Part shown: positions 63,216-64,000 of the stretch, piece by piece
Layout: every line of letters begins with the position of its first letter
Numbering within the stretch: the first letter of the stretch is position 1
DNA from: Octopus bimaculoides
Lineage: Eukaryota
Direction: 5' to 3'
Assembly: GCF_001194135.2 (NCBI RefSeq)
Contig: NC_068981.1
Location: 100,541,749-100,605,748 of the forward strand
DNA length: 64,000 bases
Made by a program: the position numbers and the translations under genes
Notes under the pieces: generated by a model
The model's database searches: none
What the model was told of the DNA's origin: nothing
What the model saw: the letters and a program-made list of their open reading frames with translations, nothing else

Positions 63216-63885
63216 GTCTAGATGATAATGCTACAATAAGAGTATTTCTGATTAAATGCAAGTTCTCCCATTGGATGAAACCATAGCATTACTTCATTCT
63301 GACTTTCTCATAATGATTTCTTGACAGCAATATTGAAGTAGTTTGCCATTGCTCTCCCCCAATTGGATGGCTGTTGACCCACAAGGAGCTCATCTACCCA
63401 TTGACAGGGCTTGTTTTTAGTCCTACTGAGTGTCCAGACACCCTCCTCACAAGAATAGCAAGCTACTCATGGGGAAGTGGGGGGAGCCTGTTTAGTCACT
63501 GACTAATAACAGAACAGGTAGTTCCAGTTTACATGGTACCAGTAGCAGCTCTCATTGGGCTGTGATGAGATGATCCCTATCCTGACTTGTACTCCATTAA
63601 TGTTAGTGACAAAAAAATGTCTCTCTTGTTCTGAAATTTTATATGCAACATAGACCATATCAATGATAACTAAAAATTATATGAGCCAATGAGTGAGCCA
63701 TTATGAGGTAGGTTGACATACTAGAAATTGCAACCAAATCTTTACAAATCATACCTGCTATCTGAAGAACGTATCAAATAATGTAATCTTACATAAATAA
63801 ATCAGGTAGTCAGAGCTCAGTCATGGCTGATATGGAGCTGAACCACAATAACTATAAATGTGTCACATGATAGTATAGGAAATGT

Positions 63886-64000
63886 CTTCTTCTTCTTCTT
63901 CTTCTTCTTCTTCTTCTTCTTCTTCTTCTTCTTCTTCTTCTTCTTCTTCTTCTTCTTCTTCTTCTTCTTCTTCTTCTTCTTCTTCTTCTTCTTCTTCTTC
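63886..64000. repeat. (CTT)n microsatellite; other long tracts: (TA)n 43648..43721 and 31502..31542, (GAT)n 10560..10591, (TG)n 20570..20616, (CA)n 14595..14638
   Basis: Read directly from the sequence; boundaries approximate. Confidence 0.95.

Overview
AT-rich, repeat-dense animal genomic DNA from a gapped draft assembly. The SINE/LINE repertoire and the (TA)n, (CA)n and (GAT)n load point to an octopus (inference). Two spliced plus-strand genes were reconstructed by hand. (1) A complete TTC29-like TPR gene has 8 coding exons (5378..30619) with GT-AG boundaries and consistent phases; the CDS is 1380 nt (459 aa). (2) The first two coding exons (55947..56029, 59505..59673) of a YMR196W-type, GH63-like glycosidase, neither of which appears in the ORF track; the gene continues beyond the window. 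The rest is mostly transposon material: a Chapaev3-like element, mariner (DD34D), Tc1 and maT (DD37D) elements, hAT/piggyBac/Tc1-mariner MITEs, an RTE LINE whose ORF carries a PHD-type finger, many RTE 3' ends and tRNA-derived SINEs. Most notable: an inverted pair of ~205-bp arms, each carrying a hammerhead-ribozyme-like motif, inside the glycosidase intron; a LINE deletion patched with (TTAGGG)n; a long-TIR element with a telomeric core; and an unclassified decayed reading frame at 53.9-55.2 kb. All family assignments come from recalled motifs, with no database search. Most ORF-track entries are microsatellite-, repeat- or N-gap-derived.
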